Part shown: positions 39,249 to 52,184 of the stretch, piece by piece
Layout: every line of letters begins with the position of its first letter
Position numbering within the stretch: the first letter of the stretch is position 1
Origin: an uncultured Chloroflexia bacterium
GTDB taxonomy: Bacteria > Chloroflexota > Anaerolineae > CG2-30-64-16
DNA: 64,000 nucleotides
Direction: 5' to 3'
Assembly (NCBI GenBank): GCA_963810095.1
Contig: CAWEMM010000006.1
Coordinates: 512,001-576,000, forward strand
The notes under the pieces: generated by a model
Told to the model about the DNA's origin: nothing
Databases searched by the model: none
What the model saw: only the letters and a program-made list of their open reading frames with translations
Made by a program: the position numbers and the translations under genes

Positions 39249-41810
39249 TCAGCGCGCTTCGCGACGGGCCAGCACGTGTTGCAGCGCCTGACCGGTAAAC
39301 GAGCCCGGCGTCTCGGCAACTTCTTCCGGCGTGCCTTCCGCGATCACCCTGCCGCCCCCCGCCCCGCCTTCGGGCCCCAGATCGATCACCCAGTCGGCAG
39401 CCTTCACCAACTCCAGGTTGTGCTCCACCACGATCACCGTGTTCCCCGCGTCGACCAGCCGCTGCAACACGCCGAGCAGCCGGGCCACGTCGGCCAGATG
39501 GAGCCCGGTCGTCGGTTCGTCGAATAGGTAGAGGGTGTGTCCGGTCACGCGCCGGCCCAGCTCTTTGGCCAGCTTGACGCGCTGCGCCTCGCCGCCCGAG
39601 AGGGTCGTGGCGGGCTGACCGAGCTGCAGATAGCCCAGGCCCACATCTGACAGGACACGGAGCCGCGAGTAGGCCGGCGGTATCTCGGCGAACAGCACCA
39701 ACGCTTCGTCGACCGTCAGGTCCAGCACCTCCGAGATGTTATGACCCCGGTAGCGTACTGCCAGCGTCTCGGGCGTGAAGCGCCGGCCGTGGCAAACCGG
39801 ACACCGCACCTCCACCTCGGGTAAGAGCTGCATCTTGACCGTAAGCACGCCTGCGCCTGCGCACCGCTCACACCGGCCGCCCGGTACGTTGAAGGAGAAG
39901 TGCCGGGCCGCCAGGCCGCGCTGCCGGGCCTCGGGCGTGGCCGCGAAAGCTTCTCGAACCGGCGTGAAGGTGTCCGAATAAGTCGCCGCGTTGGAGCGGG
40001 GAATGCGCCCGATGTGGTCCTGGTCGATCGTAATGATCTTGTCGACGTACTCGCAACCATCGATGCCATCGTGTTGGCCGGGCGTGTCGGTCGCCTTGTA
40101 CAACCGCCCTCGGAGCGCCCGGTCGAGAATGTCAAAGACCAACGTGGACTTGCCCGAGCCGGACACGCCCGTCACGGCGAGCAACAGGCCCAGCGGCAGG
40201 CGCACGGTGATATCCTGGAGGTTGTGCTCGCGTGCGCCGCGAATGGTCAGGGCACGGCCATCCGGCGCGCGCCGCTGCTCCGGCACCGAGATAGACGCCC
40301 GGCCGGTCATGAAGTCGGCAGTTACCGAGCCAGCCTGGCGCGCTACTTCGGCCGGCGTCCCGGCCGCCACGATTTGCCCACCGAGGCGGCCCGCGCCCGG
40401 CCCGAAGTCGACCACGTAGTCGGCTGCGGCGATCATCTCCAGGTCGTGCTCGATCACCAGGACGGTGTTGCCGAGGTCACGCAGCCGGCGCAACACGGCG
40501 ATCAGCCGCAGCGTGTCCCGCTGGTGCAGGCCGATGGTCGGTTCGTCGAAAACGTAGAGCAAACCGCTGAGCGCCGACCCCAGCAAGGATGCGAGCCGCA
40601 GGCGCTGTGCCTCGCCTGCAGACACGCTGGGCGTGCCGCGTTCGAGCGTGAGATACCCCGCGCCCACCTCGGCGAGCCGGCCGATCACCTCGTGTAGCTC
40701 TGTCAGCACCGGGGCAGCGATGAGGCGCTCGTCGTCCGTCAGGGCCCGGGGGAGGTCTTCGAGCCAACGCCCAATGTCTGCCAGTGACAGGCGCGTGAGC
40801 GGGACGATGCCCTGCCCGTTCAGCGTGACGGCCCGGCTGTCAGCACGCAACCGCGTGCCGCCGCAATCCGGGCAGGTGTGGGTGACCAGGTACTCCTCGA
40901 GCTTATCCCGATAGTCGGCATCGCTCGCGTGCTCCTGGAGATGCTCGGCGTAGCGCCGGAGGAGGCTGGTGGCGACCCCCTCGAAGCGACCCTGGCGGAC
41001 GGTGGCAGGCGGCTCGACATCGGGGAAGTGCCGGCGGAAGAGCGGGCTGGCGACGCCGTAGAGCAGGAGATCGCGCGCTGGCTCGCCGTGGTTCTTAAGG
41101 GGTCGGGTCGCGTCGAACTCGAAGCCATAATGCGCCGCGGCAGCCTGGAGATTGGCGCTGTGGTAGTTGATCAGGGCCGGTGTCTCCCAACCAAGCACCG
41201 CGCCGCCGCTGATGCTCTTCTCGTCGTCCACCAGGCGGGCGACGTCGGCCTGCTGGACGACGCCGAGGCCCGTGCAGGTGGGGCATGCGCCCTCGACCTT
41301 GTTGAACGAGAAATGGGCCATCGTCAGCTGGGGCACGGGCGCGCCGCAGTGGGGGCAAGGCGCCGTCGCCTCGGGCGCACCCTCGTCGTCGCCCATTTCG
41401 GCGCCGAACTCGCCGCCCGCCGCGTCGAAGGACGGCGGAACTTCTTTGCCACACGCGGGGCACGGCCGGCGGCCGAGTTGTGCAAACAGGACACGCAGGT
41501 AAGTGTATGTGCCGGTGACGGTGCCCACCGTCGAACGCGGGCTGCGATTGGTCAGGTGCTGGTCGACGCTGACCGACGGCGAAAGCCCGCTAATGGCATC
41601 GACAGGCGGCTTCGCAAGGCCAAAGGTAACGAACCCCAGCGCTTCCAGGTACTGGCGCTGGCCTTCCTTATTGAGGATATCGAAACCCAAGCTCGATTTG
41701 CCCGAGCCCGAAACGCCGGTCAGGACGACGAGCCGGTTCTTGGGGATCGACAGCGTAATGTTCTTGAGATTGTGCAACCGCGCGCCGCGGATGATGATGT
41801 GCTCCGCCAT
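39249..41810 (-). CDS. uvrA: UvrA-family ATPase, class II/DrrC-like (no UvrB-binding domain)
   Basis: Two GAR.HNL/GVSGSGKS modules, SGGEAQR, DEPT.GLH, three pairs of CxxC. Confidence 0.9.
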   Translation of the reverse strand: MAEHIIIRGARLHNLKNITLSIPKNRLVVLTGVSGSGKSSLGFDILNKEGQRQYLEALGFVTFGLAKPPVDAISGLSPSVSVDQHLTNRSPRSTVGTVTGTYTYLRVLFAQLGRRPCPACGKEVPPSFDAAGGEFGAEMGDDEGAPEATAPCPHCGAPVPQLTMAHFSFNKVEGACPTCTGLGVVQQADVARLVDDEKSISGGAVLGWETPALINYHSANLQAAAAHYGFEFDATRPLKNHGEPARDLLLYGVASPLFRRHFPDVEPPATVRQGRFEGVATSLLRRYAEHLQEHASDADYRDKLEEYLVTHTCPDCGGTRLRADSRAVTLNGQGIVPLTRLSLADIGRWLEDLPRALTDDERLIAAPVLTELHEVIGRLAEVGAGYLTLERGTPSVSAGEAQRLRLASLLGSALSGLLYVFDEPTIGLHQRDTLRLIAVLRRLRDLGNTVLVIEHDLEMIAAADYVVDFGPGAGRLGGQIVAAGTPAEVARQAGSVTADFMTGRASISVPEQRRAPDGRALTIRGAREHNLQDITVRLPLGLLLAVTGVSGSGKSTLVFDILDRALRGRLYKATDTPGQHDGIDGCEYVDKIITIDQDHIGRIPRSNAATYSDTFTPVREAFAATPEARQRGLAARHFSFNVPGGRCERCAGAGVLTVKMQLLPEVEVRCPVCHGRRFTPETLAVRYRGHNISEVLDLTVDEALVLFAEIPPAYSRLRVLSDVGLGYLQLGQPATTLSGGEAQRVKLAKELGRRVTGHTLYLFDEPTTGLHLADVARLLGVLQRLVDAGNTVIVVEHNLELVKAADWVIDLGPEGGAGGGRVIAEGTPEEVAETPGSFTGQALQHVLARREAR

Positions 41811-42170
41811 CCAACCTCCCGGTCAGATTGAGTAGTGATAAAGTACATCCCTCCAGGAGTCGATTCTACCACCTCCGTCAAACGCGGTCTGCCGAGCAGG
41901 TTGCTGCGCCCCGGCTCAACGGAAGTGCAACTACGGAGAAAACGGCGCCATGTGCGATAATGCATACAAGCGGCCGTGCCAGAACCACCATGAGCCACGC
42001 GGCCTGCTTTATTTGACACGAACCGTTATAATAACTGAATTGGCGTCGTGTCGGATTGACGGCCCGGGGGGGCAGTGGCCGGTTAGGCTTCCCCTCGGTT
42101 CGTGCGCCAGGACCTTCCCGGATTTCTCGCAGTACGCCGTGCTACGGCCCTTGAGGAGCACTTACGGTCG

Positions 42171-43997
<1,827 letters not shown>

Positions 43998-44068
43998 GTT
44001 TTTACGTACCTGGCCTCCCTGGGTCGGGGCCAGGCACATCAAACATCTGAATCAAAGGAGATTCCACG

Positions 44069-45055
44069 ATGGCCGAACTGCCCGATCGCAATCTGGCGCT
44101 TGACCTGGTACGCGTCACCGAGGCTGCTGCGTTGGCGGCGGGCCGGTGGGTCGGCCGCGGCGAGAAGATCGCGGCGGACCAGGCTGCAGTCGACGCCATG
44201 CGTCTCGTCCTGAACACCATCGAAATGGATGGGGTCATCGTGATTGGCGAAGGGGAGAAGGACGAGGCCCCGATGCTCTTCAACGGCGAGCGGCTCGGGC
44301 AGGGACGTCCGCCCCAGGTGGACATCGCGGTCGATCCGATCGACGGGACCACGCTGACTTCTCTCGGGCGGTCTGGCGCCCTCAGCGTGGTGGCTCTGGC
44401 GCCAAAAGGCACTATGTGCGCCCCGGGCAAGCTTGTTTACATGAACAAGATTGCCGTCGGTCCCGAGGCGGCGGGCCACATCGACATCAACGCGACCGTG
44501 GCCGATAACCTGGCTGCCATCGCGAAGGCCAAGCGGCGGGACGTCAACGACCTGATGGTGATGATCCTGGACCGGCCCCGTCACGCCGACCTCATGAAGG
44601 AAGTGCGGGCGACCGGGGCGCGCATCCGCTTGATCGGCGACGGGGACGTGGCGGCGGCGATCAGCACGTCGATCGAGGAAACGGGCATCGATGCCCTGCT
44701 GGGTGTGGGTGGGTCGCCGGAAGCCGTGATATCGGCCTGTGCACTGCGCTGCTTGGGTGGTGAGATCCAGTGCAAGTACTGGCCCCGCGACGACAGCGAG
44801 CGGCAGTACGCCGCAGAAAACAATATCGACCTGGACAAGGTTCTGTGCCTGGACAGCCTGGTGAACAGCGACGACGTTTTCTTCTCTGCCACGGGCATCA
44901 CCCGGGGGGAACTGCTGCACGGCGTCGAATACTTCGGCAGCGGTGCGCGGACGTACAGCATCGTCATGCGGTCGAAGTCGGGCACCATTCGCCGGATCGA
45001 GTCGACGCATCGCATTGACAAGCTGATGCGATACAGCGGAATCAACTACGGTTGA
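44069..45055 (+). CDS. glpX: Fructose-1,6-bisphosphatase class II
   Basis: RVTEAAA, IGEGEKDEAPML, DPIDGT, DRPRH, DGDV, GGSPE. Confidence 0.96.
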   Translation: MAELPDRNLALDLVRVTEAAALAAGRWVGRGEKIAADQAAVDAMRLVLNTIEMDGVIVIGEGEKDEAPMLFNGERLGQGRPPQVDIAVDPIDGTTLTSLGRSGALSVVALAPKGTMCAPGKLVYMNKIAVGPEAAGHIDINATVADNLAAIAKAKRRDVNDLMVMILDRPRHADLMKEVRATGARIRLIGDGDVAAAISTSIEETGIDALLGVGGSPEAVISACALRCLGGEIQCKYWPRDDSERQYAAENNIDLDKVLCLDSLVNSDDVFFSATGITRGELLHGVEYFGSGARTYSIVMRSKSGTIRRIESTHRIDKLMRYSGINYG

Positions 45056-45149
45056 CCGTCTCATCCTGGTCGCCTTTAGCGGGCCTGAACGGAGCGCAGC
45101 CTGGTCGCCCACAACCGTGCTGCACAATGGTCTGGGCCATCAGCGTCAT

Positions 45150-45178
45150 TTGACGCCTTAGTGCCGTTGTGCTATACT
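45150..45178 (+). promoter_or_regulatory. Sigma70-type promoter of rho
   Basis: TTGACG-N17-TATACT with extended TG. Confidence 0.75.
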
Positions 45179-45463
45179 TTGGACGCTTAAGTTCATTGCA
45201 TCCACCCACCCTCTCACACTCTCTACTTGCAATTCATGCGCGCAGTAACGCGCGCTGTGCAGCGCGGTTTCTCGCCGTGCCGAATCGAGCGCGGGCAAGT
45301 CGAATGAGAGATGCCAGGAAGATTCTTGCAGCGATCATCCCCATTAAACGGGCTCCTGGTGAGTTGGACGCCTGATCGGAACGGCGAGCGACGCCGTCCG
45401 TTTGTATTGTTATAACCCCTTCTTCCTCTCGTTGGAGAGGCCCTCTCGACTGGAGAGCCGTGA

Positions 45464-46720
45464 ATGAACATTGCGGAACTTGAAACAAAAACACTGACTG
45501 AGCTACAGGACATCGCCCGCGGCATGACGCTGACCGGGTACACGCGGCTCAAGAAGAATGATCTCATCATGCGCTTGCTCCGCGCAGAGACCGAAGCCCA
45601 AGGCCTGATTTTCGGCGGGGGAACGCTGGAAGTGATCCAGGACGGCATCGGCTTCCTGCGCGCCAACAAGCACATGAATCCGGGTCCGGAAGATGTCTAC
45701 ATCTCCCAGAGCCAGATCCGGCGCTTTGGGCTGCGCACCGGCGACTTTGTCGTCGGGCAGGTGCGGCCGCCCAAGGAGTCGGAGAAGTACTACGGCCTCC
45801 TCAAAGTCGAGGCGGTCAACGGCATCGATCCGGAAGTAGCGAAGCGGCGGCCTAAGTTTGAGGACCTGACCCCGATCTTCCCATTCCAGCAGCTCGAACT
45901 GGAGACGCAGCCCTCGGTCCTCACGACCCGCCTGATCGACATGACCGCACCCATTGGCCACGGCCAGCGCGGCTTGATCGTCTCGCCGCCCAAGGCCGGC
46001 AAGACGACGGTGCTGAAGCAGATTGCCAACGGCATTTCAGAGAACTATCCCGACGTCGTCCTGATGGTCCTCCTGATTGGCGAGCGCCCGGAAGAAGTCA
46101 CCGACATGGACCGTGCGGTCGAGGCGGAAGTGTTGAGCTCCACCTTCGACGAGCCGGTGCAATCGCACGTGCGAGTGGCCGAGATGGGCCTCGAGCGCGC
46201 GAAGCGCCTGGTGGAAGCGGGCCGGGATGTCGCCATCCTGCTCGATTCGATCACCCGCCTCACGCGCGCCTACAACCTGACCGTCCCGGCCTCGGGCCGC
46301 ACGCTCTCCGGCGGTATCGATCCGGCCGCGTTGTACCCGCCCAAACACTTCTTCGGCGCCGCCCGCAAGATCGAGGAAGGCGGCAGCCTTACGATCGTCT
46401 CCACCTGCCTCGTCGACACGGGCAGCCGCATGGATGATGTGATCTACGAAGAATTTAAAGGCACCGGCAACATGGAGTTGCACCTGGATCGCCGCCTCGC
46501 CGAGCGGCGGATCTTCCCTGCGTTCGACATCGTCCGCTCGGGCACGCGCCGCGAAGAACTGCTGCTGACGCCCGAAACGCTCAACCGGGTGTGGACGCTG
46601 CGCCGCATGATCGACATGCTGCGCCAGACGGGCGAAGATCCGCTCGAACCCGTGCTGGAACGCCTCCGCAAGACGCGGAACAACAAGGTGTTCCTCGACA
46701 CGCTCTCGCAGAGCATCTGA
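45464..46720 (+). CDS. rho: Transcription termination factor Rho
   Basis: [40 protein letters not shown]. Confidence 0.98.
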   Translation: MNIAELETKTLTELQDIARGMTLTGYTRLKKNDLIMRLLRAETEAQGLIFGGGTLEVIQDGIGFLRANKHMNPGPEDVYISQSQIRRFGLRTGDFVVGQVRPPKESEKYYGLLKVEAVNGIDPEVAKRRPKFEDLTPIFPFQQLELETQPSVLTTRLIDMTAPIGHGQRGLIVSPPKAGKTTVLKQIANGISENYPDVVLMVLLIGERPEEVTDMDRAVEAEVLSSTFDEPVQSHVRVAEMGLERAKRLVEAGRDVAILLDSITRLTRAYNLTVPASGRTLSGGIDPAALYPPKHFFGAARKIEEGGSLTIVSTCLVDTGSRMDDVIYEEFKGTGNMELHLDRRLAERRIFPAFDIVRSGTRREELLLTPETLNRVWTLRRMIDMLRQTGEDPLEPVLERLRKTRNNKVFLDTLSQSI

Positions 46721-46806
46721 CGTCGTGAACCGGCGGCCTGCCCCGCAAGAGCGTGCGGCAGGTTGCAGGTTCGCGCGCCATCCTACGAAGTAAGAGGCAC
46801 GCGCGC

Positions 46807-47925
46807 ATGCGCGAAGAAACCGCAGGGTCGCCGGTTCCGGTGCTGCAGGACGCCGTCCTGAGCGACGACTGGGGACCGGGGCACCAACTCTTCCAATCCA
46901 TCAAGAATATGCTCTCCCAGCGGGGCCCCGAGGGCGCCACGCCTGTTTTGCGCGTCGGCTCCCACGTCGTCATCCTGCTCGTTGCCCTCGCCGTCTTGCT
47001 GGTCAGTCGCCTCGAACTCCCGGCCCTCGAGATTATCGAAGAGGCGCCGACGGTCGATACCGCGGAAGTCGTCGACCCGGAATACGGGACCGAGCCCGAA
47101 ATCGTCGGCGAAGTCACGACCGCCGAGGTATTTGGCCTGACACGCGAAGCCGTTCCGATCACGCTCATTCCCGAGCGTCCCCGCGAAGGACTGAGCGAGT
47201 ACACGGTGGTCGCGGGCGACACGCTCTATGGCATCGCGAAGAAATACGGGTTGAGCGCGGAAACCATCATGTTCGCCAACGGGCTCGAGAAGAACCCCGA
47301 CCTGCTGCGCCTGGGCCAAAAGCTTGTGATCCTGCCCGTCAACGGCATCCTGCATACTGTTGCCCAGAAGGACACGCTGGACAAGATCGCCAAGACATAC
47401 AAGGTGAAACCTGAAGCGATCGTCACGTACCCGCTGAACCAACTGGACGCGAAGAACCCGCAGATTGCGGTGGGTCAAAAGATACTCGTGCCGGGTGGCA
47501 AGAAGGAAATCCCGCAGGTGGCAACGGTGTATCGGGGCACCGCACCGAAGGGCGCAAAGACCGGCACGGGCAAGCTGATCTGGCCGACCTCGGGCAGCCT
47601 GACCCAGGCGTTCAAACCGCTCCACCGCGCGCTCGATATCGCCCGCGGCATCGGCACGCCGATCAAGGCGGCCGATAACGGTTATGTCGTCGCATCAGGC
47701 TGGAGCAACGTGGGCTACGGCAATTACATCGTCATCGACCACGGCAACGGGTTGCAAACGCTCTACGGTCACCTGAGCAAGCGCTTTGTCTCCGCGGGCG
47801 ACGTGGTTACCCGCGGCGCCGTGATCGGGAACATGGGCTCGACCGGCAACTCGACCGGACCGCACCTGCACTTTGAAGTGATCAAGCGCGGCGCGCGGGT
47901 CAACCCGCGCGGCTATCTGCCCTAG
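46807..47925 (+). CDS. Membrane-anchored 2xLysM + M23 peptidase
   Basis: TM helix; YTVVAGDTLYGIAKKYG and HTV...DTLDKIA; HRALD, YGHL, STGPHLHFE. The start is uncertain. Confidence 0.9.
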   Translation: MREETAGSPVPVLQDAVLSDDWGPGHQLFQSIKNMLSQRGPEGATPVLRVGSHVVILLVALAVLLVSRLELPALEIIEEAPTVDTAEVVDPEYGTEPEIVGEVTTAEVFGLTREAVPITLIPERPREGLSEYTVVAGDTLYGIAKKYGLSAETIMFANGLEKNPDLLRLGQKLVILPVNGILHTVAQKDTLDKIAKTYKVKPEAIVTYPLNQLDAKNPQIAVGQKILVPGGKKEIPQVATVYRGTAPKGAKTGTGKLIWPTSGSLTQAFKPLHRALDIARGIGTPIKAADNGYVVASGWSNVGYGNYIVIDHGNGLQTLYGHLSKRFVSAGDVVTRGAVIGNMGSTGNSTGPHLHFEVIKRGARVNPRGYLP

Positions 47926-47994
47926 CGAGGGCATTGACTTCCTTGGGGAGGCCCAGGCCGGGTTATTCGCCCGGGCTGTGTCTATAGCAGTAAA

Positions 47995-48030
47995 TGCGAA
48001 AGCCGGATCAATGGCGATCCGGCTTTCGCA
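47995..48030. terminator. Perfect 15-bp inverted repeat between convergent genes
   Basis: TGCGAAAGCCGGATC-AATGGC-GATCCGGCTTTCGCA. Confidence 0.65.
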
Positions 48031-48052
48031 GCGCTCAGGAACCTTCGTGCTG

Positions 48053-48085
48053 AGAAACCAGGTCTCTGGCAGAAACCCGACTTCT
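48053..48085. repeat. 33-bp double-palindrome element (copy 3)
   Basis: AGAAACCAGGTCTCT-GGC-AGAAACCCGACTTCT. Confidence 0.7.
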
Positions 48086-48103
48086 TCAAGGCTCAGAAAA
48101 CGA

Positions 48104-51100
48104 TTAGGGCGCCACCAGGTTCACGACGACCCGGCTCTCCGCATACGCACCGCTCGTGTCGAACACGTGCAGGCGCAGCGTGTAGGTGCCGGGCTGCAGG
48201 CCCGACGTGTTCCACGTCGCCAGCAGGCCATTCTGCACTGGCGTGGTGGACGCCATGCCCACCGGCAGCCAGTCAGTACTGGCCGGCCGGTCGCCCGGCG
48301 CAAAGTCCAACTGGTAGCCGGCAAACGCCTGTCCGTCAGCAGTGCCGAGCATGTCCACCGGCCCGTTGAGGGGCGAGTTCTCCACCGGCTCGGCGATGAC
48401 AGCCTGAACCAGCGCGGACGTCGGTTCGGGCGATGGGGCAGCGCCTGTCGGCGACGGGGTCGCCGTTGGTCCAGGCGTGGCCTCTTCGGTCGGCGTCGCT
48501 GCCGGCGTTTCGGTCGGCGTTGCCTCCGGCGTGGGCGTCTCGGTTGCGTATTCGGTGGGGGTCGGCGTCGGCGCCTCCAGCACGACATACACCGGCGCAG
48601 ACGCCGCGACCGGGTAGTCGGTCTGGGTAACGTCATAGTAGGCCGCCAGGCGCAGCGAAAAATCGGTCGAGCCGTGCATGGCAACCGCGGCGGCAATGTC
48701 CCAGTCGCTCAGCCGGCCGTCGAACTCCCGGCCCTTGTGGGTCGTTCGGATCCGCCGGATGCGGGCCGGAAATGACGCCCCACCCGATGGGGTTCGGCCC
48801 CACGCCGTACTCCAGCCGCCAGACCAGCGGCTCAGGCACGCGCACCCGGCCGTCGATCGCCAGCAGGTTGGCGTTGACCGTGCCACTTACCGGCGACCGG
48901 ATCTCCAGCTCAGGTTGGAACGCGAGCGCCGGCTTCTGCGGTCCCAGCACCGGATATCCGTGCTCTTCGGCCCACGCCCGGTACTTGGCGGGAAAGATCA
49001 TCAGGTCGCGTTCTTCGATGCGGTCGGCCGGCGTGAAGTCGTTCGCCAGCTGCCCCGTCACCTTGTCCACTTTCACCCGCTGCCACAGGTCGTACCCCGC
49101 AGGCAGCGGCTGACTATTGGCCGCAAAAACCTCGCTGCGGCGCTTATCGCCCGGGCAGGCATCGCTTGGCAGCGTGCCGCTGTCCGCGCAGATCGTGGCA
49201 GTTCCCACGCCCTGGGGAGGTGCGAACTGGGTCGGCGCGATGCCTTGCAGTCCCCGCACCATCACCTCGTGCCAGATGGGCGCGGCGCCCAGCGAACCTG
49301 CCAGCCGCTGCATGGGTGTATAGTCCGCATTGCCTACCCAGACACCGACGGCGAGGTCGGGCGTGAAGCCCATGGTCCAGGCATCCCGGTAGTCGTTCGT
49401 CGTCCCCGTTTTGACCGCAACCGGCCGGTCGGACAGGGTCATCACCTTCTCGGCGCTGCCGAACATCAGGCGCCGGGCTGCCGCGTCGGACAGAATCGAC
49501 GTAATCAGGTAGACGTGCTGCGGGTCGAAGGCCTGCGCGCTCGGCTGCGGCGTGATCGCAACGCCTGTATTCGCGTCGCCCGCGGCGCCCAGGCAGCCCT
49601 GTACCTCTTGGGCAGCGTTGCCCCGCCAGATCAGCCGTCCGTCAGCGTCGAGCACGCAGGCGACAGGACTCACCGGCACCCGCGTGCCTCCGTTCGCCAG
49701 CGTCGCATACGCGTTGGTCAGCTCGACCAGCGTCACCTCGCCCCCACCCAGCGCCAGCGACAGCCCGTAGTCTGGCCGGGTCAACGTCGTCACGCCGGCT
49801 TTGCTCATCGTGTCCTTGAACCGGTCCAGACCGATGTGCTGGAGGGTCTTGACCGCAGGGATATTGAGCGAGTTCGCCAGCGCCGTGCGCACCGTGACGA
49901 GGCCGTGCTCCTTGTTGTCATAGTTGGTCGGCTTGTACGATCCGCTTGGATCGGGGAACTCGGTGAGGACGTCCATGATCGGCGTACCGGGCGTCCAGTA
50001 GCCGGGCGGCTCGATGGCACTGGGGGGCTCCACTGCGTTCGGGTCCTGGCCGGCCGCGGGTGTTGCCGCCAGTGCAGCCACCCGCTGCTGAAGCGCCTGC
50101 TGCGCGGCGTCCGCGTTCGTGCTCACCTCTGCGGGCATCTCGAAGGAGGTCAGGTAGACGAACGGCTTGAGCGCCGAGCCTGGCTGGCGCGGCTGAGTCG
50201 CCATGTTGATCTGGCCGCTAATCTGCTCGCTGCTGAAGTCCGCGCTGCCAACCATCGCGACGATCTCCCCGGTCTTGGGGCGAACTGCCACGACTGCGCC
50301 GTTGTGCGCGCCCTGCTTGCCCAACTGCGCCACCTGCTTCTTGACCGAATCCTCGGCCGCGGCCTGCAGATCGGGATCAAGCGTGGTGTAGATCTTCAGG
50401 CCACCCCGGCTTGCCAGCTCGGGGCCGACGAGCTGCTCGACCTGGCTGCGAGCATACAGCACGAAGTGCGGATGCTGTGAGTCGTAGACCTGCTTGAGCG
50501 GCTGCAAGACGAGCGGCTCGGCCCAGGCAGCGTCGGCCTGGCTGTTCGAGATAAAGCCATTCTCGACCATGAGCCGCAGCACCACACCCTGGCGCCGCTT
50601 CACGGCTCCGGGCTGTCCGTCGGCTTCCCACAGCTTTGTGTAGGGGTCGTAGTAGGCGGGCGCCTGCGGGATGCCCACCAACATGGCCGCCTGGGCCAGG
50701 GTCAGGTCTTTGGCGTGCTTGCCAAAGTAAGTTTCGGCCGCCGCCTCGATGCCGTAGGCGAGGTTGCCGTAGTTGAGCTCGTTCAGGTAGATCCGGAGGA
50801 TCGTATCCTTGTCATACCGGCGAGTGATTTCCGCAGCGAGGATCGCTTCCTTCACCTTCCGCGAGATCGACCGCTCGGATGAAAGGAAAGTGAGCTTGAC
50901 AAGCTGCTGCGTGATCGTGCTGCCGCCCGGGCCGCTCAGGTCGCGCTCGCGCACCGCATAATAGACCGCCCGCGCGATGCCGACAGGATCGACGCCGGGG
51001 TGCTCGTAGAAGCGCGGGTCCTCGGTCGCGATGGTCGCGTCGATGACGTACGGCGAGATCTGGTCCAGTTGAACGGCAGTACGGCGGCCGTGATTCGGGT

Positions 51101-51947
51101 CTGCGACCTCGTTGAGGATCTGGCCCTTGCGGTCGTACACGAGCGTCGAGGCAAAGCTGCTGGCACGCGCCTGGAGTTCGTCGGCGGGCGGCAGGTCACG
51201 CGCGACGCTCGCATAGCCGATCATCACCGAGCCGAACAGCAGGGCCAGCACGGCGACGACCACGAGCAAGGTGCTGCCGATGCGCGCACAGCCGCCCCGC
51301 CCGGGCGGAGGTGCAGCAGTTGGGCGCACAGGTCCGGTGCGCACCGGCGGTTGACCGCCGGAAGGCGGCGGGACATACGGGCGCTGCGCAGGCTGCCGGG
51401 CGGGCTGATACGGCTGCTGGCGCGGCGGTTGCCCGCCGTGGGGCGGCGCCTGGCGGTACGGCGGCTGGGCCTGCTGCGGCGTCGGCGCATACGGAGACGG
51501 CCGCGACGCAGGCGGTTGGGCCTGCGGCGGCGGCTGCACCTGCTGCGGTGGCACGTACGGAGACGGCCCCGGCGCAGGCGGTTGGGCCTGCTGCTGTGGC
51601 TGCCCGCCCTGCGCGGGCTCCTGTGGGTAGGGCGGCTGGCCAGAGACAGGTGGCTGAGCCGCGTCAGGCGTTGGCGCCGCAGGGGGCGTCCCTTCGGTCG
51701 ACCCGCCCTCGGCGGGAGAGGACTGCGGAGGGCGCTGACCCTGCGAAAAACGCTGCCAGAAACCCTGGTTTTGCGGCCGCGGCAACACCGCGCCGCCTTG
51801 CCCGCCGCGATCTTCCAGACCGACGTCGGGGTCCTCGGGCGCCTGGCCTTGCGCCGGCGCATTGCCGGGATCCTCGAGCGGACGAGCGTCCTCAGGATCG
51901 GGCGGGCGAGCGGGTTCGCTGCCCCACTCGCTAGATGAATCCGTCAT
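48104..51947 (-). CDS. Class A penicillin-binding protein (transglycosylase + transpeptidase) with Pro/Gln-rich N-terminus and Ig-like C-terminal domains; +1 frameshift near 48732
   Basis: EDPRFYEHPG, GGSTITQQL, RKVKE, SALK, SLN, KTGT. Removing one G gives QGREFDG and joins ORF 48104-48886. Confidence 0.92.
51490..51591. repeat. 36-bp coding direct repeat, period 66
   Basis: Encodes QAQPPAPGPSPY and QAQPPASRPSPY. Confidence 0.75.
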
Positions 51948-52114
51948 AGGATGAATGGTTCCTTCTCGGCCGGCAAGGTCATGTCCTGCCAGAGGCATGG
52001 CATGATGCTCGCCAGCAGAATGATAAACGGCAATGAAAAAGATGAAGCCGTAGGTTAGAGACGCTTCGGGTATGCGGTTGGTTTCACGCCTGCGTGCACC
52101 CCGCCAAACGCAAA

Positions 52115-52161
52115 ACCTCCGGGCTTGCGAGCGCCGCTGTGGGCCGCGCAAACCCGGAGGT
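52115..52161. repeat. ACCTCCG...CGGAGGT hairpin, possible terminator of the glg operon
   Basis: ACCTCCGGGCTTGCG...CGCAAACCCGGAGGT. Confidence 0.6.
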
Positions 52162-52184
52162 CCTAGATTGCGCCCGGTGACTTG

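Noticed and set aside
41811-42170. LexA box upstream of the uvrA-like gene
   Set aside because: No GAAC-N4-GTTC-type palindrome found by eye.
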